A stretch of DNA of 64,000 nucleotides, taken from Eledone cirrhosa (taxonomy: Eukaryota). Position numbers and translations under genes: made by a program. Below are positions 1 through 11,804 of the stretch, piece after piece. The notes under the pieces are model-generated. The model was not told the DNA's origin. It did no database searches and worked only from the letters and a program-made list of their open reading frames with translations. Each line of letters starts with the position of its first letter. Position 1 is the stretch's first letter. The stretch is from positions 28,334,001 through 28,398,000 of the forward strand of contig OZ024750.1 of the NCBI GenBank assembly GCA_964016885.1, given 5' to 3'.

Positions 1-526
1 TTAAGGAGGTCCTTAAATAAAATACTTTTTCCTCGCACATATCCTCCTTTCGTTGATTTTCAAAAATTTTTTTTTTTGGGGGGGTTTAACATTATCTTCC
101 AACGGTTTTCAACCTCTCTGTGTGGGACAGTATATCTCCTCTCAGTTATAAAAGCTATCTCTTTCTCTCTATCACCCATCTCTCCCTCTCATCTCCTCCC
201 CCTTTTTCACCCACCCCCCTCTCTAAATAAAATATTTTTCCCAATATCACACATCAATCTAAAACCACTTTTCATATGTAGATTTAAAACTGCACTATCC
301 ACAAGTGTTTTTTTAGCCTTCATATCATGTTCTCCTGTTTTATCTGATGAAAACACAAATATTATTGCATGATGATGTTTGTTTTTGAAATGCGCATAAT
401 AAAATACATGGAACTCCTTTAACCATCTTTTGATCTTATATTATGCATACTCCAGTCCTACAAACTGTAGAGTGCTTCTTATCCGATATCTGCATTGCTT
501 TATTGTACTACAATAAAACTCACCTC

Positions 527-562
<36 letters not shown>

Positions 563-884
563 TATTTAGAAGTGAAGCATATCAATTTGTCTCTGGATGT
601 TTACTGAGGAGAGCAGGACATGATATTCCTACACTTATTTAACTCGAAACATATTTGGATCTTAAAGTTTAAACTTATCTACGGAACAGGTTTGATTTTG
701 AAATTTAAATGTGTCTAAACATCACGGCCTCTTGGCAATACAGTTCGTCTTCGTTGATTTATTATTTTAAATCGATATGGACAAACTGTAGTATAATAAT
801 TAGTATACTTCAATCTGGGTAAATTTTTCTTTTGCAATATATATACAGATGTGTTGGTATCTGTGTTTCATCACATACATATTA

Positions 885-1343
<459 letters not shown>

Positions 1344-1629
1344 TATATATATATATATATATAATTGAAAGAAAATGTTAAAAAGGCAGGAATCGCCGTT
1401 GGGCTTCTGTCATTTAATAAACACACCCATACTTTCAATAAACACATACCACCACCGCCACCGCCATTACTAAACTCCATCACAACCCTTACTATAGTAT
1501 TGATGGCTGAACAGCAAGTGAAATTAATCTCAAACCTCTGCTCTTTAACCCCGTTTAATTAACCATTAACGGAACATATGGCCAGAAATATAGAAGCTAC
1601 AGCTGCTTCTCTGTTAATAGGAACTTCTC

Positions 1630-1980
1630 CTGTCTAGTTGCTTCACTCAACACCTTACTAGTTGCCTCTTTCTTCCTAGTTGCCTCGACTCGCTAGTTGC
1701 CTCTCCTTTCTAGTTGCTTCTACCCCCCGTAGTTGCCTCTCTGTACTTGTATCATCACCCCCCAGGTTGCTTCTCTCTCATCTCCCTTCCAAGTTGCATC
1801 TCCTTTCTAGTTGCTTCTCTTTCCCCTAGTTTCCTCTCTCATTACCTCCCTAGTTGCCCCCCACCCCCGACCCCCAGTGGCTTCTCTCATTGCCTCCCTA
1901 GTTGCCCCCCACCCCCCACCCCAGTGGCTTCTCTCATTGCCTCCCTAGTTGCCTCATTACCTCCTAGTTGCCTCACTCCT
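1630..1980. repeat. Degenerate pyrimidine-rich minisatellite (CTAGTTGCCTC motif)
   Basis: Recurrent ctagttgc(c/t)tc, including a ~51-bp duplication at about 1845-1950. Confidence 0.8.
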
Positions 1981-2044
1981 CTTGGATATTTTTATATCAT
2001 CTTTTGTTTTGTTTTGTTTTTTGTTTTTTTTGTTATTATTAGTG

Positions 2045-2300
2045 TTATTGTCTCCTTCGTGAAATTAACGTGCAAGTGACTGAGCATTCCACAGTCACGT
2101 GGCGTACCCTTAACGTAGTTCTCGGGGAGATTCAGCGTGACACAGAATGTGACAAGTCTAGCCTTTCGAGTTACAGGTACAACTCATTTTTGTCAGCTGA
2201 GTGGACTGGAGAAACGTAAAATAAAGTGTCTTGCTCAAGGACACAGTGCTTCGCCGGGAATTGATCTCACGGCCTGAGGATCATGGGCTGAATTCCATAA
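2045..2300 (-). mobile_element. SINE family 2 (tRNA-headed, CORE/V-like), partial
   Basis: Reverse complement gives GTGTCCTTGAGCAAGACACTTTATTT...CCAGTCCACTCAGCTG. Related segments at 4440-4770, 12465-12580, 49200-49350 and 56594-56860. Confidence 0.7.
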
Positions 2301-2401
2301 CCATAGAGCCACATGGATATAAAGTAGTGGCCGTACTCGAAAACGAGTTGGCAGCCACCATGTATATATGTGCGTGTGCGCGTGTGCGCGTGTGTGCGTG
2401 T

Positions 2402-2441
<40 letters not shown>

Positions 2442-2603
2442 AAGAATAGAATTACTGACTTGAATACCTTTGATGCCAGAACAATATAGGACCTAATCAC
2501 GAGTTGATAAATTAATTGCATTTATTCTTTCACGAGACTAATACAATGTATAGATTCCAATTATAGTGAGTTTCTATGGTCTCGTGACTTACAGAAATCA
2601 GGC

Positions 2604-2700
2604 GTGGTATTGTGGTATTGGGGCATTGTGGTATTGGGGTCTTGTGGTATTGGGGCATTGTGGTATTGTAGTGTTGTGGTATTGTAGTGTTGTGGTATTG
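2604..2700. repeat. 16-bp minisatellite (TGTGGTATTGGGGCAT-like)
   Basis: About 6 degenerate copies. Confidence 0.85.
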
Positions 2701-2772
2701 TACAGAGTGGTACAAAAGTCTTGTCACCCATTGTCACATATTGTTTTAATTTTCGTTATTTTTTGTTTAAAA

Positions 2773-3362
2773 AGGGCGGTGGATTGGCAATATCGGTAGA
2801 GGGTCGGACGCCATGCTTTGATGCATAGTGTTACGGCCCTTGCCATTCTGAGTTCAAATCCCGCCGAGGTTAACTTTGCCTTTCATCCTTACGGAGTCAA
2901 TAAAATAAAGTACCAGTAATGCACTGGGTAATTGCTGTCCTTGTGCTGAAAGTAGAAACAATTACTTTTTGTTTTAATAATATAATTGGCAGTATCAGTA
3001 GAGGGTCGGACGCCATGCTTTCCAGCATAGTTACGTCCCTTTACGATCTGAGTTCAAATCCCACCGAGGTTGACTTTGCCTTTCATCCTTACGGGGTCGA
3101 TAAAATAAAGTATCAGTAATGCACTGGGGTAATTGCTGGCCTTGTGCCTAAAGTAGAAACAATTAATTATAATATATAATATATAAAGGGCGGTGAATTG
3201 GCAGTATCGGTAGAGGGTCGGATGCCATGCTTGCCAGCAGAGTTACGCCCCTTTACGATCTGAGTTCAATTCCCGCCGAGGTTAACTTTGCCTTTCGATC
3301 AAAATAAAGTACCAGTAATGTACTGGGATAATTGCTGGCCTTGTGCCAAAAAGTAGAAACAA
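2773..3362 (+). mobile_element. Three head-to-tail family-1 SINE copies
   Basis: Copies at about 2773-2963, 2986-3163 and 3188-3362 (third has an internal deletion). Confidence 0.9.
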
Positions 3363-3371
3363 TTAATTATA

Positions 3372-3402
<31 letters not shown>

Positions 3403-3403
3403 C

Positions 3404-3835
3404 GATCAAGTGAAGGTGCTGTGGGATTTTAGGATACAGACGGACAAGAAACTGGAACACAATAGACCTGACCTGGTGGTTGTGGACAAAGAAAAAAGAT
3501 CGTGCCTGATTGTGGATGTGGCCTGCCCATTCGACACGAGAGTGCAAGAGAAGGAGAGGGAGAAAATTAACCGATACCAGGACTTAAAGTGGGAGGTAAA
3601 AAGGATTTGGAATTGCCATGAAGTCAAAGTGATCCCGATTGTCATAGGCGCACTAGGGACTATCTCAAAAAGTTTCCAGGGATGGTTAAAGAAAATTGGC
3701 CCCTTCACGCTTTTTGGAACGCTTCAAAAGGCATGCTTGCTGGGAACAGCAAGAATCCTCTGATACGTCCTAAATATCTGAGGCTGCAGGTAGTGGCTTG
3801 ATATTCATTTCAACAATCTTTCTGAAACTCAAAGA
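3404..3835 (+). mobile_element. 5'-truncated R4/Dong-clade non-LTR retrotransposon (restriction-like endonuclease, REL, end)
   Basis: ORF 3410-3763 reads LWDFRIQTDKKLEHNRPDLVVVD...IVDVACP...EKINRYQDL...PIVIGALG...LQKACLLGTARIL, with the PD-(D/E)xK REL motif. Flanked on both sides by (AAT)n. Confidence 0.9.
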
Positions 3836-4186
3836 ATAATAATAATAATATAATTTTCTATTTCAGAGCTTCTCCAGTTTGGAAGAGAGGCTGCTTGCAA
3901 GTGTATGTATATGTGAATACCAGTTCTATGAGAAGTTGTAGAAAATACACAGGTAAATAGAAACCAATATGGCCATGTGTGTGGTAGTAAAGACACATTT
4001 ACACATACAGATGGATACACACATTTATATATACTAATATACACACATGCACACATAAGTGTGTTTATATGTTAGTCTGTACGTACAGAGATTTACACAT
4101 ACACACACACACAAATTTATACATATTCATACAGATATATACACAGATTTATAATACTAATACAGATACATATATATATTTATATA

Positions 4187-4367
4187 TAACGAAGGGATTG
4201 TAGTAAGGAACCAGGTGGACCATAACGCACCAGACTACTCGATACTTTGGGTAGGAGAGTGTGTAATAGGAAAAGAGTCAAGACCCCGACGGCAGAGTTC
4301 AAGCCGTTTCGACGACTAATAGCCGTCGAAACGGCCTGAGCTCTGCCGTCGGGGTCTTGATTCTTTT

Positions 4368-4372
<5 letters not shown>
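4187..4372 (-). mobile_element. Fold-back mini-element family B (3' half of an HHR, palindromic head)
   Basis: Inverted arms ATAGGAAAAGAGTCAAGACCCCGACGGCAGAG...TTTCGACG and their reverse complement. Flanked by (TA)n. Five copies in window. Confidence 0.8.
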
Positions 4373-4422
<50 letters not shown>

Positions 4423-4945
4423 ATGTGTGTGTGTGTGTTTGTAGGTTGATGTTTAAGTGCGTTTAGAATGATGATGTTGGACGATGAATCTTCCAGTTGT
4501 TTGACCTCAGAACAGTCTGCTTATGAAATTTGCCTGCAAATGTCACAGCATTCCACCTGTAAAACAATTCTCAGGGAGATCCAGTGTGACACAGTGTGAG
4601 ACGAAGCTATCCTTTTCATTAAATATAGAACCCATGTTTTGCCGGTTGAGTAAACTGGAGCAAGGTGAAATAAAGTGTCATCTATTTTGCTCAGGGATAG
4701 AATCCGCTACCGGGACTTGAACTTAACAATAGTAAGCCAAACAGCTTAACCATTAAGTATTATGCCTTCATGTTTAGCAAGATATATATATACATATATA
4801 CATATACAACAGCATTCTCATAAACACATTTAGCAATCTGTAAATAAATAGTTTTTTTTCCCAGATGACTCTTTGTGTACACATATGTTCACTGGTCCTA
4901 CGGATAAATCATTTAATGAGACGACAAAAGGTCTCTCTCACTCTG

Positions 4946-5052
<107 letters not shown>

Positions 5053-5064
5053 CTCTCTCTCTAT

Positions 5065-5142
<78 letters not shown>

Positions 5143-5145
<3 letters not shown>

Positions 5146-7157
5146 TAGAAGTTAATATGTCCAGGGATACTAGGTACCCCTAGAAATACATAGGTTGTCT
5201 ATGATTCAAGGTTGTTCAATGGTGTTAATTTGATACACCAGAACTTTAATATTAAGATAAGCAGAACAAGTAAAATTCAATCAATTTTTCAAAATACATT
5301 AAAAAATATAATATAAATATTTACCTCTTCTAGTGGCCCTTACTGATCAGTTTCGCTTTGTAAAACCTCATAAATCCGATGGATTTATGATGGAAAACCA
5401 AAGCTCATCAGAGAAGCATTTTCCCTTCCTAGGGCTAAACGTCCCAGGAACGACAAAATATACAACCTCCTGCCAGCTAATAAAGGTCTGAAAGGTCGTA
5501 AAAGTGACCCGTATGTAAACTGGACCGAAGTAAAAGCGGGAAAATCAAAGACTTGCTGTCTACAATTACTACTAAAAAAATAGCAGCCAAGTAGAGCAAC
5601 AAATTTGTTCTCAACGGACGGAGAAAAAGGTAGAAGTTAATATGTCCAGGGATACTAGGTACCCCTAGAAATACATAGGTTGTCTATGATTCAAGGTTGT
5701 TCAATGGTGTTAATTTGATACACCAGAACTTTAATATTAAGATAAGCAGAACAAGTAAAATTCAATCAATTTTTCAAAATACATTAAAAAATATAATATA
5801 AATATTTGCCTCTTCTAGTGGCCCTTACTGATCAGTTTCGCTTTGTAAAACCTCATAAATCCGATGGATTTATGAAGGAAAACCAAAGCTCATCAGAGAA
5901 GCATTTTCCCTTCCTAGGGCTAAACGTCCCAGGAACGACAAAATATACAACCTCCTGCCAGCTAATAAAGGTCTGAAAGGTCGTAAAAGTGACCCGTATG
6001 TAAACTGGACCGAAGTAAAAGCGGGAAAATCAAAGACTTGCTGTCTACAATTACTACTAAAAAAATAGCAGCCAAGTAGAGCAACAGATTTGTTCTCAAC
6101 GGACGGAGAAAAAGGTAGAAGTTAATATGTCCAGGGATACTAGGTACCCCTAGAAATACATAGGTTGTCTATGATTCAAGGTTGTTCAATGGTGTTAATT
6201 TGATACACCAGAACTTTAATATTAAGATAAGCAGAACAAGTAAAATTCAATCAATTTTTCAAAATACATTAAAAAATATAATATAAATATTTACCTCTTC
6301 TAGTGGCCCTTACTGATCAGTTTCGCTTTGTAAAACCTCATAAATCCGATGGATTTATGATGGAAAACCAAAGCTCATCAGAGAAGCATTTTCCCTTCCT
6401 AGGGCTAAACGTCCCAGGAACGACAAAATATACAACCTCCTGCCAGCTAATAAAGGTCTGAAAGGTCGTAAAAGTGACCCGTATGTAAACTGGACCGAAG
6501 TAAAAGCGGGAAAATCAAAGACTTGCTGTCTACAATTACTACTAAAAAAATAGCAGCCAAGTAGAGCAACAGATTTGTTCTCAACGGACGGAGAAAAAGG
6601 TAGAAGTTAATATGTCCAGGGATACTAGGTACCCCTAGAAATACATAGGTTGTCTATGATTCAAGGTTGTTCAATGGTGTTAATTTGATACACCAGAACT
6701 TTAATATTAAGATAAGCAGAACAAGTAAAATTCAATCAATTTTTCAAAATACATTAAAAAATATAATATAAATATTTGCCTTTTCTAGTGGCCCTTACTG
6801 ATCAGTTTCGCTTTGTAAAACCTCATAAATCCGATGGATTTATGAAGGAAAACCAAAGCTCATCAGAGAAGCATTTTCCCTTCCTAGGGCTAAACGTCCC
6901 AGGAACGACAAAATATACAACCTCCTGCCAGCTAATAAAGGTCTGAAAGGTCGTAAAAGTGACCCGTATGTAAACTGGACCGAAGTAAAAGCGGGAAAAT
7001 CAAAGACTTGCTGTCTACAATTACTACTAAAAAAATAGCAGCCAAGTAGAGCAACAGATTTGTTCTCAACGGACGGAGAAAAAGGTAGAAGTTAATATGT
7101 CCAGGGATACTAGGTACCCCTAGAAATACATAGGTTGTCTATGATTCAAGGTTGTTC
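5143..7157 (-). repeat. 485-bp tandem array (4.15 units), one HHR per unit; retrozyme or PLE pseudo-LTR-like
   Basis: Unit starts AGGTAGAAGTTAATATG at 5143, 5628, 6113, 6598 and 7083. Units >99% identical, no ORF, flanked by (TA)n. Confidence 0.95.
5337..5415 (-). ncRNA. Type I hammerhead ribozyme, unit 1 (also 5822-5900, 6307-6385, 6792-6870)
   Basis: UUCU-CUGAUGA-GCUUUG...CAAAGC-GAAA-CUGAUCA-GUA-AGGG. Intact core, long stem II with UCAUAAAUCC/GGAUUUAUGA hairpin, palindromic stem III ACUGAUCAGU, GUA cleavage triplet. Confidence 0.85.
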
Positions 7158-7490
7158 TGCTATTTTTTTAGTAGTAATTGTAGACAGCAAGTCTTTGATT
7201 TTCCCGCTTTTACTTCGGTCCAGTTTACATACGGGTCACTTTTACGACCTTTCAGACCTTTATTAGCTGGCAGGAGGTTGTATATTTTGTCGTTCCTGGG
7301 ACGTTTAGCCCTAGGAAAGGAAAATGCTTCTCTGATGAGCTTTGGTTTTCCATCATAAATCCATCGGATTTATGAGGTTTTACAAAGCGAAACTGATCAG
7401 TAAGGGCCACTAGAAGAGGTAAATATTTATATTATATTTTTTAATGTATTTTGAAAAATTGATTGAATTTTACTTGTTCTGCTTATCTTA

Positions 7491-7494
<4 letters not shown>
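7157..7494 (+). repeat. Inverted partial copy (about 338 bp) of the 485-bp unit
   Basis: Reverse complement of about 5248-5586, joined directly to the array end. Confidence 0.95.
7328..7406 (+). ncRNA. Type I hammerhead ribozyme in the inverted copy
   Basis: CTGATGA at 7332-7338, GAAA at 7389-7392, GTA at 7400-7402. Confidence 0.85.
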
Positions 7495-7527
<33 letters not shown>

Positions 7528-7589
7528 AATCTCTCTCTCTCTATATATATATATATATTTATATATATATAAATCTCTCTCCCACCCTC

Positions 7590-7634
<45 letters not shown>

Positions 7635-7699
7635 ATATATAAATATATTATATATATATATATATATATATAAATATATTATATATATATAATATATAA

Positions 7700-7791
<92 letters not shown>

Positions 7792-8211
7792 CCCCTCCCT
7801 CCCCTGTCTCTCTATTCAGTTCCAGCCATCCATGTATCTAACCTTCACTGACTTCAACAATAATTACTCATGGCTGAATTTCATGGGAAACCACAAAATA
7901 GACTAATATGTTCTGTCTCCGACATTGATTCATTTCCTTTCTATAACTTATACCTAGACGTTCATTCCGCCTGTTGTAGACTGCGCATCAACATGAGATA
8001 TTCCTCTCAACAAAGTTCGATCACCCAGAGCAGAGTTTAAAGGGCAAAGGTCAAGTCCAGTACATAAGTAAACTACTATGAGGCTTTTAGATTTCTATAT
8101 ATGTCTTCTCTCTTAAATTGTCAAATTTTTTTTTTTTTCTTTAGCTTTGCCTGTAAATTGCTTACAACCATTGGTACTAAAATATCACAAGATCCACATA
8201 ACAGGTGCAAT

Positions 8212-8394
8212 GTGTCCGAACACGGAAGAGTCGAACTCCCACTGTCATCGCCTCCATCTCTCTCGCCCTTCCCATCTCTCTGTATTGTGAGCGAATGGGG
8301 TCCCACGTACTGGCCGCCGCACAGCCCCGGCGGACAGAATGGAATAGCTGGTTCTCCGGAGTATGGTAAGGGAGACGCGCTGGAAGAAACAGAC
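8212..8394 (+). mobile_element. Unclassified GC-rich interspersed repeat (family D)
   Basis: Diverged reverse-strand homologs at about 34245-34415 and 34780-34955. Confidence 0.6.
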
Positions 8395-8408
8395 ATTATC
8401 AACCAGCA

Positions 8409-8760
8409 GGTTAACTTTGACTTTCATCCTTCCGGGGTCGATAGAATAAAGTACCAGTAATGCACTGGGTAATTGCTGGCCTTGTGCCAACCGAGGTTAA
8501 CTTTGACTTTCATCCTTCCGGGGTCGATAGAATAAAGTACCAGTAATGCACTGGGTAATTGCCGGCCTTGTGCCAACCGAGGTTAACTTTGCTTTTCATC
8601 CTTCCGGGGTCGATAGAATAAAGTACCAGTAATGCACTGGGTAATTGCTGGCCTTGTGCCAACCGAGGTTAACTTTGCCTTTCATCCTTCCGGGGTCGAT
8701 AGAATAAAGTACCAGTAATGCACTGGGTAGTTGCTGGCCTTGTGCCAAAAAGTAGAAACA
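8409..8760 (+). mobile_element. Tetramer of the family-1 SINE 3' half (about 86-bp unit) within one TSD pair
   Basis: Units start at about 8409, 8491, 8577 and 8663. TSD ATTATCAACCAGCA at 8395-8408 and 8761-8774. Confidence 0.9.
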
Positions 8761-9089
8761 ATTATCAACCAGCATTTTGGCTGTCGACATTTGCTTCCCT
8801 TACCAACTAACTTTCCTTCGAAGCATAACTTACACCACCAGTTCATCTTTTGATATGACCATACAGTTTAAGTATTCTTGATTTGATAACTGGTGTGATT
8901 GGTTAAAGCTTTTCTATAAGTTGTATTACATTAGATAATAATTAACTCACGGATAGTGAAACAGATATCTCCACAATAGCATCACTTGGCTGACATGTAA
9001 ACTTTAATACCGTTTGATAGAACTTAATAGGGCATATACATGTAAAAACCTGCGTACATGCATACATACTTATATATGTAAGTATGTGT

Positions 9090-9101
9090 GTATGTATAAA
9101 T

Positions 9102-9197
<96 letters not shown>

Positions 9198-9342
9198 GTA
9201 TATATATGTATATATGTATATATGTATATATATATATATGTATATATGTATATATATATATGTATATATATGTATATATGTATATATGTATATATATGTA
9301 TATATGTATATATATATATGTATATATGTATATATATATATG

Positions 9343-9375
<33 letters not shown>

Positions 9376-9649
9376 GTATATATATGTATATATGTATATA
9401 TATGTATATATGTATATATGTATATATATATATGTATATATGTATATATATATATGTATATATGTATATATATATATGTATATATATATATGTATATATA
9501 TGTATATATGTATATATATGTATATATGTATATATGTATATATATATATGTATATATATATGTATATATATATGTATATATATATGTATATATATATGTA
9601 TATATATATATGTATATATATATGTATATATATATATATATTATATATA

Positions 9650-9720
<71 letters not shown>
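9090..9720. repeat. Interrupted (TA)n/(TATG)n microsatellite
   Basis: Direct inspection. Confidence 0.97.
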
Positions 9721-9721
9721 C

Positions 9722-10094
9722 ATATAACCGCTAACGAGCGAGAAACCGGCCTGTCGATTACTCCCCTTTGTTTTTACCGAGAATAATCAAGTAACATAGT
9801 CACTACTTTAAAATTCATAGCGTAATGTCTTCAAAATGTTTTTAATCCAACATACAGTAAATTGCCAAATATGCTATACATAGATTCATGTATACATCGC
9901 TATTTCAGAACACCAATACTAATAACTAATTTTTGCTGGACCGGCAACCGTCCTGTTTAATCAGCCCCTGATTATTAGTGGAATTCTATAAGAATCCAGC
10001 TTCTATAGTTCTCGGCAGAAGCGAAAGCGTGAGTAGTCTTGATAACCGCTAACGAGCAAGTCGATTACTCCCCTTTGCTTTTGCCGAGAGTGAG
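9722..10094 (+). mobile_element. 318-bp unit element with terminal direct repeat built from a decayed HHR
   Basis: ATAACCGCTAACGAGC...GTCGATTACTCCCCTTTG at 9724 and 10042. Stem I GAGTAGTC/GATTACTC, stem II CGCT/AGCG. Homolog at 42700-42830 (-) keeps CTGATGA. Confidence 0.7.
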
Positions 10095-10106
10095 TATATA
10101 TATATT

Positions 10107-10395
10107 TATCGTTTTCGGTGCGCCCGGCCGACTAAACTCACTCGATAAGCAAATTAGGCTGCTCAGCATATGCATAAGGAAAGTATATACTTTCAGACGT
10201 TTAACCATCTGGCAGGAAGGTATACGATGCTGACGATAGCTAATAAGCTTGAAACTAGTACATCGTTCCTGTGTCAGTGCTTAACAAAAAAGGTGACGTG
10301 GTTGCCTAAACACTGTACGGCCTAATTCGGGCTGTTTGTTTGCTTACAAACAAATCGAGCATTATAATAAATGTTCGGTAAACCGATACGTGCAT
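10107..10395 (+). mobile_element. HHR-bearing mini-element family E
   Basis: Co-linear diverged homolog at 61379-61684. Confidence 0.8.
10224..10266 (+). ncRNA. Minimal type I hammerhead ribozyme
   Basis: ACGATG-CTGACGA-T AGC taataa GCT T-GAAA-CTA-GTA-CATCGT. Six-bp stem I and palindromic ACTAGT stem III. Confidence 0.85.
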
Positions 10396-10498
10396 ATATA
10401 TATATGTGTGTGCATGTATGTATATATATACATACTACTGTACGTCTCTCTCTCTATATATATGATATATGTATGTACGTATACATACATGCATATTT

Positions 10499-10536
<38 letters not shown>

Positions 10537-10598
10537 TACTGTACGTCTCTCTCTATATATATATGATATATGTATGTACGTATACATACATGCATACT

Positions 10599-10658
<60 letters not shown>

Positions 10659-10780
10659 CTACTGTACGTCTCTCTCTATATATATATGATATATGTATGT
10701 ACGTATACATACATGCATACTTACATATATGATATATGTATGTACGTATACATACATGCATACTTACATATATATATATA

Positions 10781-11175
10781 CGTTATTCAGGGTTGAATCG
10801 GAGGTAACCACAGTAAGTAAGGTACTCAATACATAGCAGAGTATAACAGTTTTAATATAGATGAGATTCTACAGGACTAGAACTGTTTCATTCATTTGAA
10901 ATCATCAGGAATCTGGGTATCAAAAAATAAATATGGTATTTATAGGTCTCTACAAGTGGTAGGAGAGGGTGGGGAGTGGGATGGGTGCAGGTCATTGGTT
11001 GATAGAAAAGGGAATTCATTAAAAGAAATGACCTGCACCCATCCCACTCCCCACCCTCTCCTACCACTTGTAGAGACCTATAAATACCATATTTATTTTT
11101 TGATACCCAGATTCCTGATGATTTCAAATGAATGAAACAGTTCTAGTCCTGTAGAATCTCATCTATATTAAAACT
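10781..11175 (-). mobile_element. PLE-like terminal fragment with perfect 149-bp inverted repeat
   Basis: Arms 10848-10996 and 11027-11175 around a 30-bp spacer. Contains CTGATGA...GAAAC (11115-11138), with an atypical stem I/III. Confidence 0.8.
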
Positions 11176-11260
11176 ACATATATATATATATATATATATA
11201 CATACTACTGTACGTCTCTCTCTCTATATATGATATATGTATGTACGTATACATACATGC

Positions 11261-11369
<109 letters not shown>

Positions 11370-11804
11370 AAAAGCCCCATGATTGAATGTATGTTTGTGC
11401 GTATGTATGTTTGAGCAAGACACTTTATTTTATGTTTCTCTTTCTGCTTGAATTTGCGACCGGTAGATAGTATTAGTAATTGGAAAGGCTAATGGAAGCA
11501 TTGTTTCCTCTGTCCGATGTGACAAGCTCCACCCCACTCGTTAAGCGAGATCTTGTCGATATATATATATATTATGATAATAAAATTAGGAAAATTAACA
11601 ACGACATCCGACGAAACCAAGGCAGAACGAAAAAAAAATGTGTGTGTGTAGCTGGAGTGTTGGATTACTTTTGAACGTGTTATATTGAATTACAAGGACA
11701 AATGTTTCATCACGGAATCTTTGCGGTAATTCCCAGTTAAACAACAGCATAGAAGAATTATTTGGAGCTCGCATTCAAAACATTCTAAATTTGTTGAACT
11801 CGGG

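Noticed and set aside
76-480. ORF at the window start
   Set aside because: No recognisable domain on either strand.
7152-7358. 68-aa ORF in the inverted unit
   Set aside because: Created by the inversion junction with a TTG start; the unit appears non-coding.
8290-8350. HDV-like ribozyme in family D (GGT-CCCACGT-ACT resembles P3/L3)
   Set aside because: Could not assemble P1, P1.1 and P2 consistently across the three copies.
10888-11135. Twin 79-aa ORFs on opposite strands
   Set aside because: A by-product of the inverted repeat.
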